From Sporopachydermia quercuum (taxonomy: Eukaryota), in the NCBI GenBank assembly GCA_001599295.1, contig BCGN01000001.1, positions 124,001 through 188,000 of the forward strand: a DNA stretch of 64,000 nucleotides. The letters run 5' to 3'. Positions 1 through 13,283 of this stretch are shown here, in pieces. The position numbers and the translations under genes are program-made. Each line of letters starts with the position of its first letter. The stretch's first letter is position 1. The notes beneath the pieces were generated by a model, which saw nothing but the letters and a program-made list of their open reading frames with translations, ran no database searches and was not told the DNA's origin.

Positions 1-726
1 AAGATCTATCGGGATATGTCCATCAGAAGANAGTACTATCGGATCATCGGATAATTGATAAGGAACGTTCAATGGGAGTTCTCGAACATCTCGATCGCTG
101 AGTAGATCAGTTGATGTTGATATATAAGCTTTTTGGGCATACAACGTTCTAGGGCTTTGAGTCAAATCAATATCTTGATCATCGGGTAAATTCGATTGAG
201 AATTTTCAGAGTTTGGCTCCGATGGTATATCCGGTAGCCGTATGGCGGCGGAAGGTTCATCCGACGTCAAGTGTAGTTGGGAGGTGGCCGTCGGAAGTTT
301 GATGTCCAGTTTCTCCTGTGTCAACGTATATTCTTTGTTCAATGAGATCGCCGAGTCGCAACGGATCACACCTCTCGAGTNCCCTGTTACCCCGAGTTCT
401 GAAATTCTCCCTTTTAGCATATCATTCTCCTGTATTAATCGTGAATTGAACTGTCGCACAGCCGATAGAGCTTCTTGCAGAGATTCCCATGTTTTCTCAT
501 GTCTAGCGTACAACTGAACCATTTCCTGTAATCTCCGCACTCTTTCTTCGGCCAATAGACATTTTGTAACAGCGGCAAGACTTTGGAATTCAGTGCTTTC
601 CATCATATCTCCCAGAATCACCGAGATCAATCTCTTGAAGTACGCGTTTTCCTCAGTCGCGGCTGAATTGAGATCCTTATTTAGAGTCACTTTCTCGGGA
701 ATTTTCTGGGATTGACACGTGCCCAT
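1..726 (-). CDS. Hypothetical protein, 5' part only (runs off the window start); N-terminal helical/coiled-coil region followed by a Ser/Pro/Asp-rich region
   Basis: Manual translation from ATG at 726 gives MGTCQSQKIPEKVTLNKDLNSAATEENAYFKRLISV...ERVRRLQEMVQLYARHEKTWESLQEALSAVRQFNSRLIQENDMLKGRISEL..., open for 242 codons to base 1 with no stop. It is absent from the ORF track because it is truncated. Confidence 0.7.
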   Translation of the reverse strand, partial: MGTCQSQKIPEKVTLNKDLNSAATEENAYFKRLISVILGDMMESTEFQSLAAVTKCLLAEERVRRLQEMVQLYARHEKTWESLQEALSAVRQFNSRLIQENDMLKGRISELGVTGXSRGVIRCDSAISLNKEYTLTQEKLDIKLPTATSQLHLTSDEPSAAIRLPDIPSEPNSENSQSNLPDDQDIDLTQSPRTLYAQKAYISTSTDLLSDRDVRELPLNVPYQLSDDPIVXSSDGHIPIDL

Positions 727-1602
727 TTTGATAGAACTTCAAACTACACGCTACTTAGTAAAACATCACGTTAAGGCGCAGAAAATCAGTTAAATTTTTA
801 TGGTATTTATGATAGCATAATGATTAGTCCAATATTCATCATGATTCAGTTTTCGGTTAGAAGTAAATAGAGGATCATATCGGATCTCACTACAGAGTTG
901 TTGGCATCGGAGTGATATTTTATGTGTCTGAATGTAATGGATTACATGATCAGTAAAGGACAAGTAAAAGGAAGAAAAAATGATGATCTATATAGACACA
1001 AAAATACCCTACAAGAAAATAATAGAGGATTGTATTGGTGTATTGGAGTTTAGTGGTAATTAAAATATTTGAATATGCTAAGATTAGGTGATATCCAGTT
1101 TTAAAGTGAGGGATCAATTCATTGGAGTATTTCAATGGCAAGTCGACATGAAGTTCGATTAATAGATTCACAGTCAAACAACTTTGGGTTTCACATCAAA
1201 ATTCTAATGATATATATGTACATTATTACCCAAGTTTTTACAGAACAATAGACGATATACTTACCATTTTGTCTAAAACTCCTTACCTTGTACCGATGAT
1301 TCTTTCGATACAAATAGATAGTTAATAAGCATCTTCATCCCTAACACATTTACTCTAAACCTAACAGAAAATATATGATCATATAATCACCAATCACAAA
1401 AATAGTAAGTAACGCGAAGGACATTCATTAATTATCTTCCAAATTACGCAAAGAAACAGATACCTCAACACATAATGAACTGATTATTACATAACACAAT
1501 ATTCTGTAATCCTATCCGTAAACCTAATACTAGTTTCCACAAAGAAGCAATCAGATCCCCAGAAACTCAGGACACGAACCTCTTTCCATTTCATACCCCG
1601 CA

Positions 1603-2523
1603 ATGCCAATCAATGATTACCTGGCAAAACACTACTTGAATGATGGCAAATCAAAGAAAAAGAAGCATTCTGACAATAACAAATTGGTGGTAGAAGATGA
1701 TCTGCTTGGCTGGGAAGACGATGATTTNATGACTCGTAACCCGAGGGGAAACAGAAGCGGAAGGAAAACGGAAGGGGGATTCAAGAGGATCGGCACATTG
1801 AAAGAGCATAGAAAAAAGCACAAAAGTGGGAAAAAAAAGAAGGATACCGGAAACGATGAAGGAATTGTTAGCGGTATTAACAGCGGAAGCGATATTGGAA
1901 TTTCGCGAGAGGTTTCGGAAGATTTTATCGGAGGTTTAATAACAGCAGAACAACTAGAAAAGCATACTCAACAGAAAGAAACGGAACAAGAACAGTCACA
2001 ATCACAATCACAGCTTAGCTCGGAACAATACACAGAACCCCGCCAAGAAACAATATATAGAGATGAATCTGGTCGCATTATAGACATAAAAGCCGCGGCC
2101 GAAGCTGCCGAGAGACAGGCCGAAATCGACAAATTAGAAGCTGAACGGGAACACAAACAGCTGCAACGTGGCGCACAACAAGAACATGAGGCCCTGCAAC
2201 GTCAACAGCTGCTGGAATCAATGAAAGCCACTCCTCTTTCAGTGTCAGCTAACGATCCGGCGCTTAACCGAGCCCTGCAAGCAGAGGTCCGAGGTGATGA
2301 CCCTGCATTATCTTTTATTACAACAAAACTACGCAAAGACGTTTCTGTGACTGGTAGAAGGCTGTATAAAGGTTCATATCCCCCGAATCGGTTCGACATT
2401 CGACCTGGATACCGATGGGACGGAGTTGACCGATCCAACGGTTTTGAGAAGAAGTATTTTGCTAGTATAGGTGCTAAAGCCGACCGGTCGCGGTTGGAGT
2501 ATGCATTAGAGTTGGATGAATAG
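1603..2523 (+). CDS. BUD13: Pre-mRNA splicing factor Bud13/Cwc26 (RES complex)
   Basis: 306 aa ORF with N-terminal DYLAKHYL, ETIYRDESGRIID and the C-terminal Bud13 signature PPNRFDIRPGYRWDGVDRSNGFEKKYF. Confidence 0.95.
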   Translation: MPINDYLAKHYLNDGKSKKKKHSDNNKLVVEDDLLGWEDDDXMTRNPRGNRSGRKTEGGFKRIGTLKEHRKKHKSGKKKKDTGNDEGIVSGINSGSDIGISREVSEDFIGGLITAEQLEKHTQQKETEQEQSQSQSQLSSEQYTEPRQETIYRDESGRIIDIKAAAEAAERQAEIDKLEAEREHKQLQRGAQQEHEALQRQQLLESMKATPLSVSANDPALNRALQAEVRGDDPALSFITTKLRKDVSVTGRRLYKGSYPPNRFDIRPGYRWDGVDRSNGFEKKYFASIGAKADRSRLEYALELDE

Positions 2524-4079
2524 AAGAAAACAGTGGGTGTGGGATAAATCAAAGTAAAGCTGGGTAATAACATGTTATTGAGGGCACTTACGACCAGGAA
2601 TATATACGTATGTTTATGGTTTTTTAGGAGAATCTTGAACTCGGCACAAGTAGAGAAGCAAGCCACAGAAACTCATTACTACTACATTGATGCCCACGCA
2701 AACAGGACTTTGATTGTGTTCAATTGTCTCACAGTTTTAGGGAATTAATCACGGAATCGCAGCATTTTACTATCTTCGGATTAAATACTTGGCAGGGTAG
2801 GCAAACCCAACAATTTTGCTACAGAGATAAAGGAAATAATGACAAACACGGAATTAACTAGGGAAAAATATCGGAATAGCCCATTCCGGTCATTCGGAAC
2901 CACATACACAATAGGAGAGATTGATCATTAGAGAAACCTAAATTCAATCAGACATGTTACAAAAATTTACTTCTAAATGCATGGACTGGTGATAAATGTA
3001 CAGACAAGAATTACTCATTACTTAGTGTAAGAGCTACAAATCGAAGTAATAATTACTGCAACTATCAATCAAATATTTCACTTATGACTATAATTTCTTA
3101 GAGAATATCTCAGTTCATCTTCATCTCCTTCCAGCAAACCTTCATTTTTTTTTTTCATCAGCAACCGGTTGCTATCACTAGAACCATAATTATAGTTAAC
3201 AGGGGTAGTAACCTACATGACGTTACCAAGCGAAACATTCTAGATACACCTGAAAGTGTTGATCTTATTATGATAAGCTTACTTATATAATACAGGTAAT
3301 AAAACCTATATTACGAACCAAAGCACAGTCTATTTGATGACAGATGTAAGTATAAAATAGAATAGAAGCAGAACCAGCACTATTGCGTTAGCGTGCAATA
3401 TACTCATTGTACAGCCTTGTATATCAATGTATGAATGATGCCAAGGTGCAGCACAATGCCCACCGTTTCCTGTTAGAACAAATTTACTTGCAGTAGGATT
3501 CTTGACACGTACTTTTAGGTCAATATAATTACCAAAAATTAATTTGATTCAAAAGCTAAATATCTCAGAATGAAATAAACAAAGTAGACATTAATTCTAC
3601 CGGTGAATGAGAGTTACGTTACAAAGCAATAATTGNCTTCAATTATTGTACGTCCCTGGGATTTTGACTTTTGGAATGATTTTTGTAACAATAATTACAA
3701 NATTAATTCAATATATGGTGTGGCAACTGGACAAAAATAATGATAATACAAAAAAACATTATTATCACAATTCTTAAGTAATTGTTGCATAAATTACTAC
3801 ATGAATTAATTATGGAAGCAAAAATTCGTTTATATATACACTGAGTAGAAATGAATAATACACGTTATTTACAACAGTCAGACAAAAATGATGCTGTGGA
3901 AATAATTAGAATAACATAGATAAAAAAAAAAGAATAACATAAAATCAACCATGGTGAAATGAAGCATAGAGTTGAGACAAGCTTCATCTCAGGAAGTAAA
4001 AAATAGTTGAAAAGTGGTACAGATTTCCAGCATTCTCCCTTGAGCAATCCACAATACCATATTGTGTGATTTTACCTAC

Positions 4080-7000
4080 TTATTTCCCCTTCTGCTCATC
4101 TTTGCTTGCTAGTGGCTTAGCACCTTTAAGCAAATCCATTATTTGCTTAGCTTCCTCCTTTTTAACATGAGGCACAGTAACAGGTGCCGCAGGNGCCTCA
4201 GGAGCTATATGAGACAAATGAGGCATTGAGGACTGACCTAAGGCACCAGGAGGCCCAATAGGGAATGGTGGCTGCATGGGGTATCCGTAAGGACCTGGTG
4301 GTGGCGCAGCTATCATACCAGGTGGAGGATGACCGTAAAAGCCACCTGGAAATGGAACAGGCATTAGCAGCTGAGGACCGTTTTGGGGCTGTTGTTGTGG
4401 CTTAGGGACCACATTAGAGTTTCCCGCTTGCTGTTTAGATTTCAATAAATTTAGTAAATCTTTCTTTGCTGCATCTCCATTTGAATTTTCACTGTTTCCA
4501 TTCTTGGCCTGTTTCTCTCGTTTAGGATCCTTAGCCTTGCTTCCTTTGATCAAATTGAGTAGATCCTCCTTAGCTTTCTGAGGTGGAACAGCAGGGTTTC
4601 TATCGTGAGCATTAGGTTTCGCTAATTTAGCCACGTTAGGCTCATTCTTAGACGTTTGACTGTAGGATCGTTCAATGGGTACACTAGTTTGATTAATCTC
4701 GACTGATTTGGCTCCTTTTTCTTCCTGTTTTGGTGTTTTACCACCAGGTTTAACTGCTTTCATCGATTTGACGGCCTTAGGAGGACTGGGTTTGGCTATT
4801 CCTGCGACAGACTTTTCCTTTTGTTCCTTACTACCCTTTTTGGAAGCACCAATTTCCTGCTTAGAACCATTAGCCTTGGACTTATGCTTATTCTCAGCTT
4901 TAGCTGCACTACGAAGTTTTCCATCATCCACACCTAAGCTTTGTTTTAAAGACGTCAACAAATCATCCGTTTTCCAAGCATTTGTAGCCGGAGGAGCAGC
5001 AGCCACAATTCCTCGTTGTTCCTTACGATTTCCGCTATGGTTTCTGCTGTGACTTCCGTTATGGTTTCCCGTTCGGCTTCCTGAATATTCGGATCGAATA
5101 TCCCGTACATGTCTTCCGCTTTTCTCCTCACGTGCTTTCGACGCAGCTGAATGATATACCAATTGTTTGTATGACAAATTAAGTAACATAGCCGAGTCTA
5201 AAGTAAGTCCTCTTTTAGTCTGTAGTTTATTTCCCAACGTGGATCCGCTTATTAACTCCGAGTCAAAGATAACATCTAAAAACGCTCGTGGGCCGACGAG
5301 TTTAACTGCAGCAACTATGCCTCTGGAAAACACGGGCACCAACCCCGACATTTGCACATAGGCCACTCTATCTCCAATCCGGAATTTCTGTTTACCGAGT
5401 GACCAAAGGGACAAAGTAGGGTTTAAAACTGCTTGGAGTGGAACCTTATTTATAACTTCAGATTTAGGTTTTGGCACGTTTCGGATATACTGCTGTAAAT
5501 AAGCTTCAATCGCAGCATAACTCGGACCGGAGAAAGCTTCCGAGTCTAAACTAACTTTCTCATACTCCGATTCTTTGAAAGCTTTAAGAAACTTTTTAGC
5601 TTCCGAAATCTCGCGATCCCGCGCCTTGTCATCCAGATTAGGCATCAGTTCTCTACTATCGGGTAAACTGGAATTAGTGGTCCGGATTCCTTGGACCAAA
5701 GACGGAAACAGTTCCGTATATTTCCGAATCAGTTCAATGGCTTTACCACTATAAAACCACCCACGGTCACCCTTACGGGAATACCCGAGAACTTTCTGCT
5801 GCCGGCCTTGAAATTTTATCTCCAATCCTAAAGAAACTTTAGAATTATTATGCACAATCATGTATGATGCTGTAAGTTTGGATAAGGTTAATGGAGTCAA
5901 CTTTAAAAGCCGAGCCACCTCCGTAGCCGGGAAATATCGATTAGTGTTCTCTTCCCAAGCAAGTCTTGCTTTGCCAATTCCGGGAGAAACCTTCTCGGGG
6001 TAAATTTCCACTTTTAGGTTCAAACTTTCCGATTCCTCGCTTCCAGTGGCGGATTCCTTTTCGAGGTTGTATCCGATAACTTCTGCTTCCGAACCATAAG
6101 CCATTGCACCCAAAAATACTACCTGGGATTCCGTAGGGAACTCTTCCTGAATAGGAATTGCTTCCTTTTCGGTGAATCTTTGATCTTTGTTGATTACATC
6201 ATCGACAATCAATTGAACTGGGTACAGTTCCGATTCATCCCGATATTGTTTTCTGTACGCACCTGAGTTTTCCCGATTTACTCCTTCTAATAGTAAAACT
6301 TCCACTAACACCTCAACTCGGCCAATCTGCACTGCTTTTGTCTTCTGGTAACTATTCTGGAGACCTTTAGCCTGGGCATTAAAGTTCACCCGTTCCGTCT
6401 CCGTCATCGGAACATTAATGGTTCGAGTTTTCCCGTGAAGTGACTCGACATAATGCTTTAGCAACCCATCTTGCACACTAACAACTTTCCCTTCAATTAA
6501 AAACGGCCAGTTAATGTATACAACAGAGCCGGAATACTTAACAGCTATTTCCGAAGGCGCCATCTTTTCAGACTGGGATATCGTCAAAACCACCGATTCC
6601 GATGCGGCGGGCCGACTAAATACAATTGTTCCGTTATTTTCTATCGATGCGGAGAAGTCTAATGTGTCGAAGGTGGGAAATCCCGGGAGCATTTCTCTTC
6701 CGGTGAAGCTGCCCGGTAATAATCCGTAGCGAAATTCTCCGTTTTTAGGTTCTGGAAGGGTGAATCTTATTTCAGAGCATCGGCAAACTTCCAAATCGGG
6801 GAAATTACCGGTCGATGGTGATAAATAGCCTGAAACTCTACTAGGATTGAACTCAAAAGCAATAGCCTCACTTAATTCGTTCCGACTCCGTTCCTCTTGG
6901 CTTATTTTCTCTATTCGGGTTTCCATTGCCGCAAGAAGGCGAACTTCGTCCACAAATGGAATAAGCACAACAGCCTCCCATTCATTCTTTTTCCCGTTAT

Positions 7001-9270
7001 AGTCCAATTCTACCGTATTTGGATAAAAATCAATAATAGGTGAGTCCTTATCGGTCATAAGGTTTCGGAATGGCTCAGGAAGCAAAAATCTGGACCGAGC
7101 GGGTAAAACAGCCATCAACTGCTCAAAAGGTCGGAAGGGAACATCTGAAGGGAATTCAGAGGTAAACTTTAATCCGTGCATTAAATCACTAACTCTAGGA
7201 GCATAATGATACGGGTAGTACCATGACCAAGAAGGGCAACCCCGGTAATAATAGTACAAAACCCATTGGACACCTTGAAGGTAAGCCGAGGTTATGTTTG
7301 TGAGTTCCCCAGTGTTGTTAATATCGAAGTGAAGTTTCTTTCTATAATAATTTTGTTTCCAAGATAAGAATTTGGTGTCATAGGCTTTCTTCTTTTCGGA
7401 AAGCTCATCCTTTGTGGCCACTGTGGCTTTAACATATTTCCTAATTTCGTTTCTAGCCGCTTTTACTTTCCCGTATGGGGTAATCTCATCATCTGATTCA
7501 GAAGATAACTCAACATTTAGCTCCGAATCAGGCAAAAACGGATCAAATATCACGTCATATTGTTTTTTCGCTATATTGTGTACAACCGTTAAGCCTAATT
7601 TAGCTGCTAAAAGTTGCAAAAAGGGTAGTTCATTTCCGAGCTCGCTTTCCGCAATTGCAATAGTTGCCGCTATAGTATCGGAATTTGATTCGTGGAATTC
7701 CACATTATTTCCGCTTTCCGACTCAGATTCTGACTCAGACTCAGACTCCACTTCCGCAATCTTTTCCGTTTGCCTACTCCGTGTTCCACTTTTCTTTCCT
7801 TTACTTACTACCGCATCAGGTTCGATTCCCACTTCTGCTTCTGCTTCCGCTTTTGCTGCTTCCGACATTCTTCCTTGAACTCGGGCTACCAAACTATTCA
7901 CCTTACCAACAAGCCGCTTCTGCTCCGGAAGCAATAAAACTCGCCCTTTTGCCTCAAATTGCTCCCGCGCTTGCTCGCTCATCCAACCAAGTTCCTTATT
8001 AAACCATTCTAAATCAATAGCTCCTTGTTCAAATAGACGAACTTCATAATTCTGCAACTCCGTTAACCATAGAACTAAGCTATCTCGGTTGATATCTCCA
8101 TTTTCGTTCAAATACGTTTTACATTTCCGAAGAGTTTGCTTCAATGAATCAAACAAAATCGGGAACGCTCCGTTATTGATCACTAGGTCGGGTAGATTCG
8201 GGAGGAAATCGTTTCCTACCATCATAGCCACCAGGATAAAATCATCAATGATCCGTTCTAAATCAAACCGGAAGTCAATCACGTCTTCTAAATCTTGGAA
8301 TTCTAGACGGAGGTATTCCCGAACTAAGGAGATATGAAGTAATTGGAACGGCTGATCGGCAAGATTCGAGTACTGTTTCCTGGTTCTTCCGAAAGTGACT
8401 TCTTCTCGGAGTAAAGCAAAATGCGGCTCATGGCATAACAGACCGAGCATGATTAAATCAGCGTCTAATCCGTAAAGACAATGTCGGACATTTGGAAGAT
8501 AACTCGGTTCTGATTTCATATTTCGGATATATTGCATGATTTTATGTTCACCTTCTCCGGGAACCTCAGGACCGGAAAGGATAATTTCACATGTCTGCCA
8601 ATCTGAATCCTCGGTAACTTTTTTATTGATGAAATATTGCAAATGACTTGATAACTTAGCCATAAATTCGGTACCAGGAGTAATAGTATTGGTATCAAAT
8701 GGATCCTCTTTGGGTAATTCTTCTCCGCTTTCTAAAGCTTTAAGCCGAAGTTTCTCGGCATTAAATGCCGAAAGAAACCTGCGAGCCCGCTGTTGATTCA
8801 TCTTTGCTCTCGGAGCAACTCCGTCAATGGCCATGTAAAATACCTTCTTTGGTCTCACTAAAGAGAATAAATGATCAATATAGGAGAAGATATCGGAGAA
8901 CATTTGTTCTTCCGACTTTCGGTTGAAAGTATCATCATCCGTATGAGTACAATTATGAATAATTGAGTTCATGTCCAGGTACAAGTTATCGAATTCTATG
9001 GGGAAATGAATTCCTTGTAGGTTTTGATTAATCTCGGGCCATCTTTCCGAGATGAACCGGTAGAATTTTGGGATTCCTGGAGGAAATGTTAGAAAGAAAA
9101 AGGGGAAATGAGGGGAAATGAGTCGAGATATCGGANAAAAAAATTGGATAGAACAGTACAGGAATTTAATGTACTAGACAATATTTGAGTTTGAGAATTG
9201 TTTGTTTCAATATCATTTCCAAATCGATGACTTCTTTTTCAATAAACTTGATTAAATACTACTTACCCAT
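4080..9270 (-). CDS. XRN1: 5'-3' exoribonuclease Xrn1; exons 9267-9270 and 4080-9076, intron 9077-9266
   Basis: Splicing ATGG|GTAAGT...TTCTAAC...CCAG|GAATC restores the canonical start MGIPKFYRFISERWP. Motifs YLDMNSIIH, AIDGVAPRAKMNQQRARRF, PGEGEHKIM, YGLDADLIML and GNDFLP are present. The length and the C-terminal domains fit Xrn1 rather than Rat1. Confidence 0.97.
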
Positions 9271-10744
9271 TATAGCCTCACTTTATCAATCCGTTAAGTT
9301 CCGTCTCGTATAGCGTCGGTTGTTTTCTGTTCTGCAAATTAAGCCGATTCCTCTATTATATCTTCCGGTGTCTTTTCCGCTATCTTATCCGTAATATTTT
9401 CCGCAGTATCTTCGGCAATCACTTCCGCTTCCTAACACAACTTCCTATCTCTCAATGCCCAGCTACTATTGTGTACAATTCTATAAATCCACACACTCTC
9501 ATCAATTGAATTCCCTCTTTGATGTATTAATCAATTAGATCAATTAAATTGAGTAAATTATCTTTTAATGAAAAAAAATCAAGCTCAAGCAGGAGAAATA
9601 ATAAAACAATTTTATTCTTATACGCTTGTTCTTCCTGCGATTTCCATTTGATACGTTTACTATACCTTCCAATAAGCCAGTTGGTAACACCATTGCCATA
9701 GTGAAATGACGCGTTATGGTGGGAATTATCTANTGCTGATATTTACGGAGGGGAGAAGGCATGCGTAAATGTGGGAATGCGATGAAGGGTCATATGAAGA
9801 TCTACGGGTAGGGAATCAAATAACCGGATAATCGGATATTATTGAAAAATAGTGATCCAGATAATGGGTTGGTTATGTATCAAGAATGCTAAATAGTGGT
9901 AGAGATGCTTTGTTTTGTTAGAGCACTAATCCTTTTTTTTTAGTCCTAGTTGATCTTATTATTAGTTATTGAGATACTCCTAAAATCCATACCATAATTT
10001 GAATATATTTCACTATATACTGCGAACTCTGTTTGTATTCGTAATTCAATACAATTGATCAAGTTGGTGGATAACACAAGTATGAAGGCGACAGACAATG
10101 AAATCCAGTAAACCGGGTAGAATGATAGCAACCCACTTTTGATCAATCCTACCCGGAAGGTTCTCACGCAAAAAATTCTGTGTAACAGCTTTCCTGTACA
10201 AACCCCAAACTCCACGCGGAAACATCACATTCGCACGCCGGAATCTGTTTCAGCACATAGAATCCTGTACCAGACATTCTTCTTCCTGTCTACACAGGTC
10301 TATTTCCCCGTTTGCCATCTCCAACTCTATATTCCAGGACGGACTGTTTACATGAATGTTTTTATTACTGGTGTTCACTTCTCATAAACAACAAACCTGT
10401 AAGCCATTCATTAATTNACCATATTTTTGATAAAAGCAAAACTTTAATTTATCGCTTCAAACTGGCTGGAAAGAAATTATTTATTTGGAACGTTGATTGA
10501 TGTTTTGTTGTGAATTAATCATAGCGTGTGCATTGCTTGTAACTGTCTTTGAATACTATTCTACAGATCAAGTTTCACTGATCAAGCGCACAGAACACTA
10601 GGAGAAGTAATCTGAAACTCGACAGAAAGGAGATATATTCCCTGTTTGCAGACCTTTTGTATAAGAAGGAATTTTAGTGCTCAAGTACGCCATTTTACCT
10701 CCAAGGGTAAATCTCATTTGTTGCGATTGATGATCTAGCAGAAG

Positions 10745-12361
10745 ATGTTCTCATCAGGTAATAAAACAGGATTCGGATTTGGCAACACAGCCACAGCAAA
10801 CGCTGGGACAGCTTCCAACACAACTGCTGGGACAGGATCATCTCTGTTTGGCAAACCAGCAGCTTCAGCTGGTACAGGATTTGGTTTTGGTGGTAATTCT
10901 AATCAAGGAACTACTACTACCACTGGAGGACTGTTTGGTAGTAACAACAATAACAATACTAGCCAAGCAAATAATACCAGTACAGGTTTTTCGTTTGGTA
11001 AACCAGCCACTACAACAGGATTTGGGTTGAATAACACTAGCAATTCTGCTCCCGGAACCACTGGCGGTCTCTTTGGTAATAAACCTGCTACAGGAACTAC
11101 GTCTGGCGGTACAGGATTGTTTGGCAGTACTACGAACACTGGGACCAATACGACGGGTGCTACTGGAGGTCTTTTCGGCAATACTGGTGCAAATAATGCT
11201 GCCGGTACAACTTCAGGAGGGCTTTTCGGCAACTCTGGCGCTATTGCAGGGGGTGGCTTATTTGGTGCGAAGTCTGCAGGTACCACAGGTACCACAGGAG
11301 GTCTTTTCGGCCAAAACACGGCAGTAAACACGGCCAATAACCCCAGCTTATTTGGAAACACAGGCGTAAGTCAACAGAAGCCTCTGTTTGGCGGTACCTC
11401 TGGTATCGGTCCTACCACTACAACTGGTGGTCTCGGAAGCGGAAGCTCGTTGTTCCGAAACAACAACAATAATAATAACAAGCCAAATTTCGGCTTTGGA
11501 AATAACAATACAACCGGCTCAGGCATTGGAGGAGCTCCCGGTACGCAATTCGGACTAGGAAATGCCTCCACCGGGTTCAGCTCCGTACCCCAGCAAACAG
11601 ACAATCGAGCTCAAATGCTCCAGTTTCTCAGTCCATTATCAGACCTCACAAAGTTTAGCGATCTATCGGATTTCCATAAGAACTCCATCAAGGAAATTGA
11701 GAGCAAAATAGCCGAACAAATCAAAACCGCAGAAGAAGTAAACGCTTTGAAAGCAAACCATCAAGCAATAGTGTATTCTGTGAACCCAGACTGTGAGTTC
11801 CTTACTACTAAGACAACTACATTAACTAGTGAAATGGAAGGAGATGTAAGGATTCTGGAAGAGCTCACAAGGGCGAATTTTGAGTGTAAAACCGACATAG
11901 AGATCTGTGCTAGACTGATCGAGCTTCTGAAAGCCAATTATACCGCGTCGTTAACAGCAGTATTACATGACTACTTCAAACGAACAGTCGACAGGTTCAA
12001 AGAACGAATTGAGTACTTTGGAAGAGTGCTAGGAGAAATTGAATCTGTTATTAAGGATTTGAAGGAGTCGACTGCATCAAGGACAGGAGAAATCGGTATT
12101 TTCGGCGGAGATGGAGATTTTGATAAGCATTATAGCAGTCAAAATGGGTCAAAGAGTGTAATTGGTAGTAATAACAGCCAAGGTAAGAGTGGATCAGCCA
12201 CAGGGACAGTAGCTTCCGGAGGCTTAGGAGGTTCAACAGAACAATGGAATAGTATTGTTGATGGCATTTATGCCGAGTTCAAGCTTTTCATGGCATTAGC
12301 TAATCGTGTACAAGAAGTTCATGAGATGATATTAGAGTTGAAGGTTTTAATTAAGCAATAA
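10745..12361 (+). CDS. NUP49: GLFG-repeat nucleoporin, Nup49/Nup58 type
   Basis: N-terminal half of GLFG/FG repeats, then TKFSDL and a coiled-coil C-terminal domain ending FMALANRVQEVHEMI, as in Nup49. Confidence 0.8.
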   Translation: MFSSGNKTGFGFGNTATANAGTASNTTAGTGSSLFGKPAASAGTGFGFGGNSNQGTTTTTGGLFGSNNNNNTSQANNTSTGFSFGKPATTTGFGLNNTSNSAPGTTGGLFGNKPATGTTSGGTGLFGSTTNTGTNTTGATGGLFGNTGANNAAGTTSGGLFGNSGAIAGGGLFGAKSAGTTGTTGGLFGQNTAVNTANNPSLFGNTGVSQQKPLFGGTSGIGPTTTTGGLGSGSSLFRNNNNNNNKPNFGFGNNNTTGSGIGGAPGTQFGLGNASTGFSSVPQQTDNRAQMLQFLSPLSDLTKFSDLSDFHKNSIKEIESKIAEQIKTAEEVNALKANHQAIVYSVNPDCEFLTTKTTTLTSEMEGDVRILEELTRANFECKTDIEICARLIELLKANYTASLTAVLHDYFKRTVDRFKERIEYFGRVLGEIESVIKDLKESTASRTGEIGIFGGDGDFDKHYSSQNGSKSVIGSNNSQGKSGSATGTVASGGLGGSTEQWNSIVDGIYAEFKLFMALANRVQEVHEMILELKVLIKQ

Positions 12362-12454
12362 TAAAGAAATTTCAAAGAATAGAAAGAAGTGGAAAGCAGA
12401 CTGTGTTAATATTGTTTGTATAATAGTTTTATTATTTATTGCATTAATAAATTC

Positions 12455-13283
12455 ATGTTAGATGTTCAAATTGAGCTGTAGATAACATTTTTTACTGAAA
12501 TAAAGGAAAATAAGAGATCCGTTAGCTAGGCTAAAGACCTTGCCCCAATCATTGAGAAGATTCAACCTCTTATACATTCTGGAACAGGAACACCCATTTA
12601 ATTGCCTAACTGTTATAAGAATAAACGAAAGTTTAAGGTATTCAGCACGATGAGCAATACGTCTGGGTCGGGTTGGGACGCAGATTTATATGCTCCCTCC
12701 TTCTCTGAGGAAAGCTGGGACGGATACGGAAAAAAATGTCACCCGTTTCTTGACTTTAAAAATAAGGGACTCCCAAACAATTAAACTTTTCGATATTCTG
12801 TTCGAGGCAGCAAGAGCAAATAGATTATTTTCTGGTAACTCCTACACCACTCCTTCTTCTTCTTCTGGTGATCTTTACGGAGTAAAAAATATTTGATAAT
12901 GATACAACCGTACCTTGATTTTACCTGACGATAATGAATACGTATCATCTTCTTTACTAGCTCCACAACAGAAAGTAACACCTGGGAATGTTGAGGCGAA
13001 CCAATCCGATAACTTAAGCATCGATAGCATCGATACCACCTCAGGTAAAGGGAAAAGAAGAAAAATAGAAGGTAAGGCAGTAAGCGAAGAGGTGATGGAG
13101 GCGACATGCTTGAGGACGAAAAGGATCTTCAAAAGAGCCCTTAAAACTGATATAAAACTGATAGCTTCAGCATTATTTTCAAGAGAACGCTATATATTGC
13201 AATTCCACAGAGTGAGAAATTCTGAGCTTGCTGTTGGGCGTTCTCAGATGGAGATTTGCCCAACTACCTTCAGGCTGAGCTGA
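12455..13283 (+). pseudogene. Harbinger-associated Myb/SANT-like DNA-binding protein pseudogene
   Basis: The frame from ATG 12455 has in-frame stops, then KRKFKVFSTMSNTSGSGWDADLYAPSFSEESWDGYGKKCHPFLDFKNKGLP and, after a frameshift, LFDILFEAARAN. This matches the SGxGWD...W..Y...HP...F..K pattern of Myb_DNA-bind_3-type Harbinger ORFs, followed by a low-complexity basic tail (GKGKRRK). Confidence 0.75.

Noticed and set aside
3100..3545. Minus-strand Sm-like site AATTTTTGG and a 43-nt intron-like GTACGT...TTCTAACAG
   Set aside because: No snRNA core motifs nearby and no recognisable protein in any spliced frame; compatible with chance in AT-rich DNA.
7716..7752. GACTCA-type hexamer repeat
   Set aside because: Simply encodes the ESESESES low-complexity tract in Xrn1.
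10779..11604. Overlapping alternative-frame and antisense ORFs over NUP49, and similar ones over XRN1, the C2H2 gene, OCA5 and TIF35
   Set aside because: Shadow ORFs produced by repetitive or biased coding sequence; no independent protein features.
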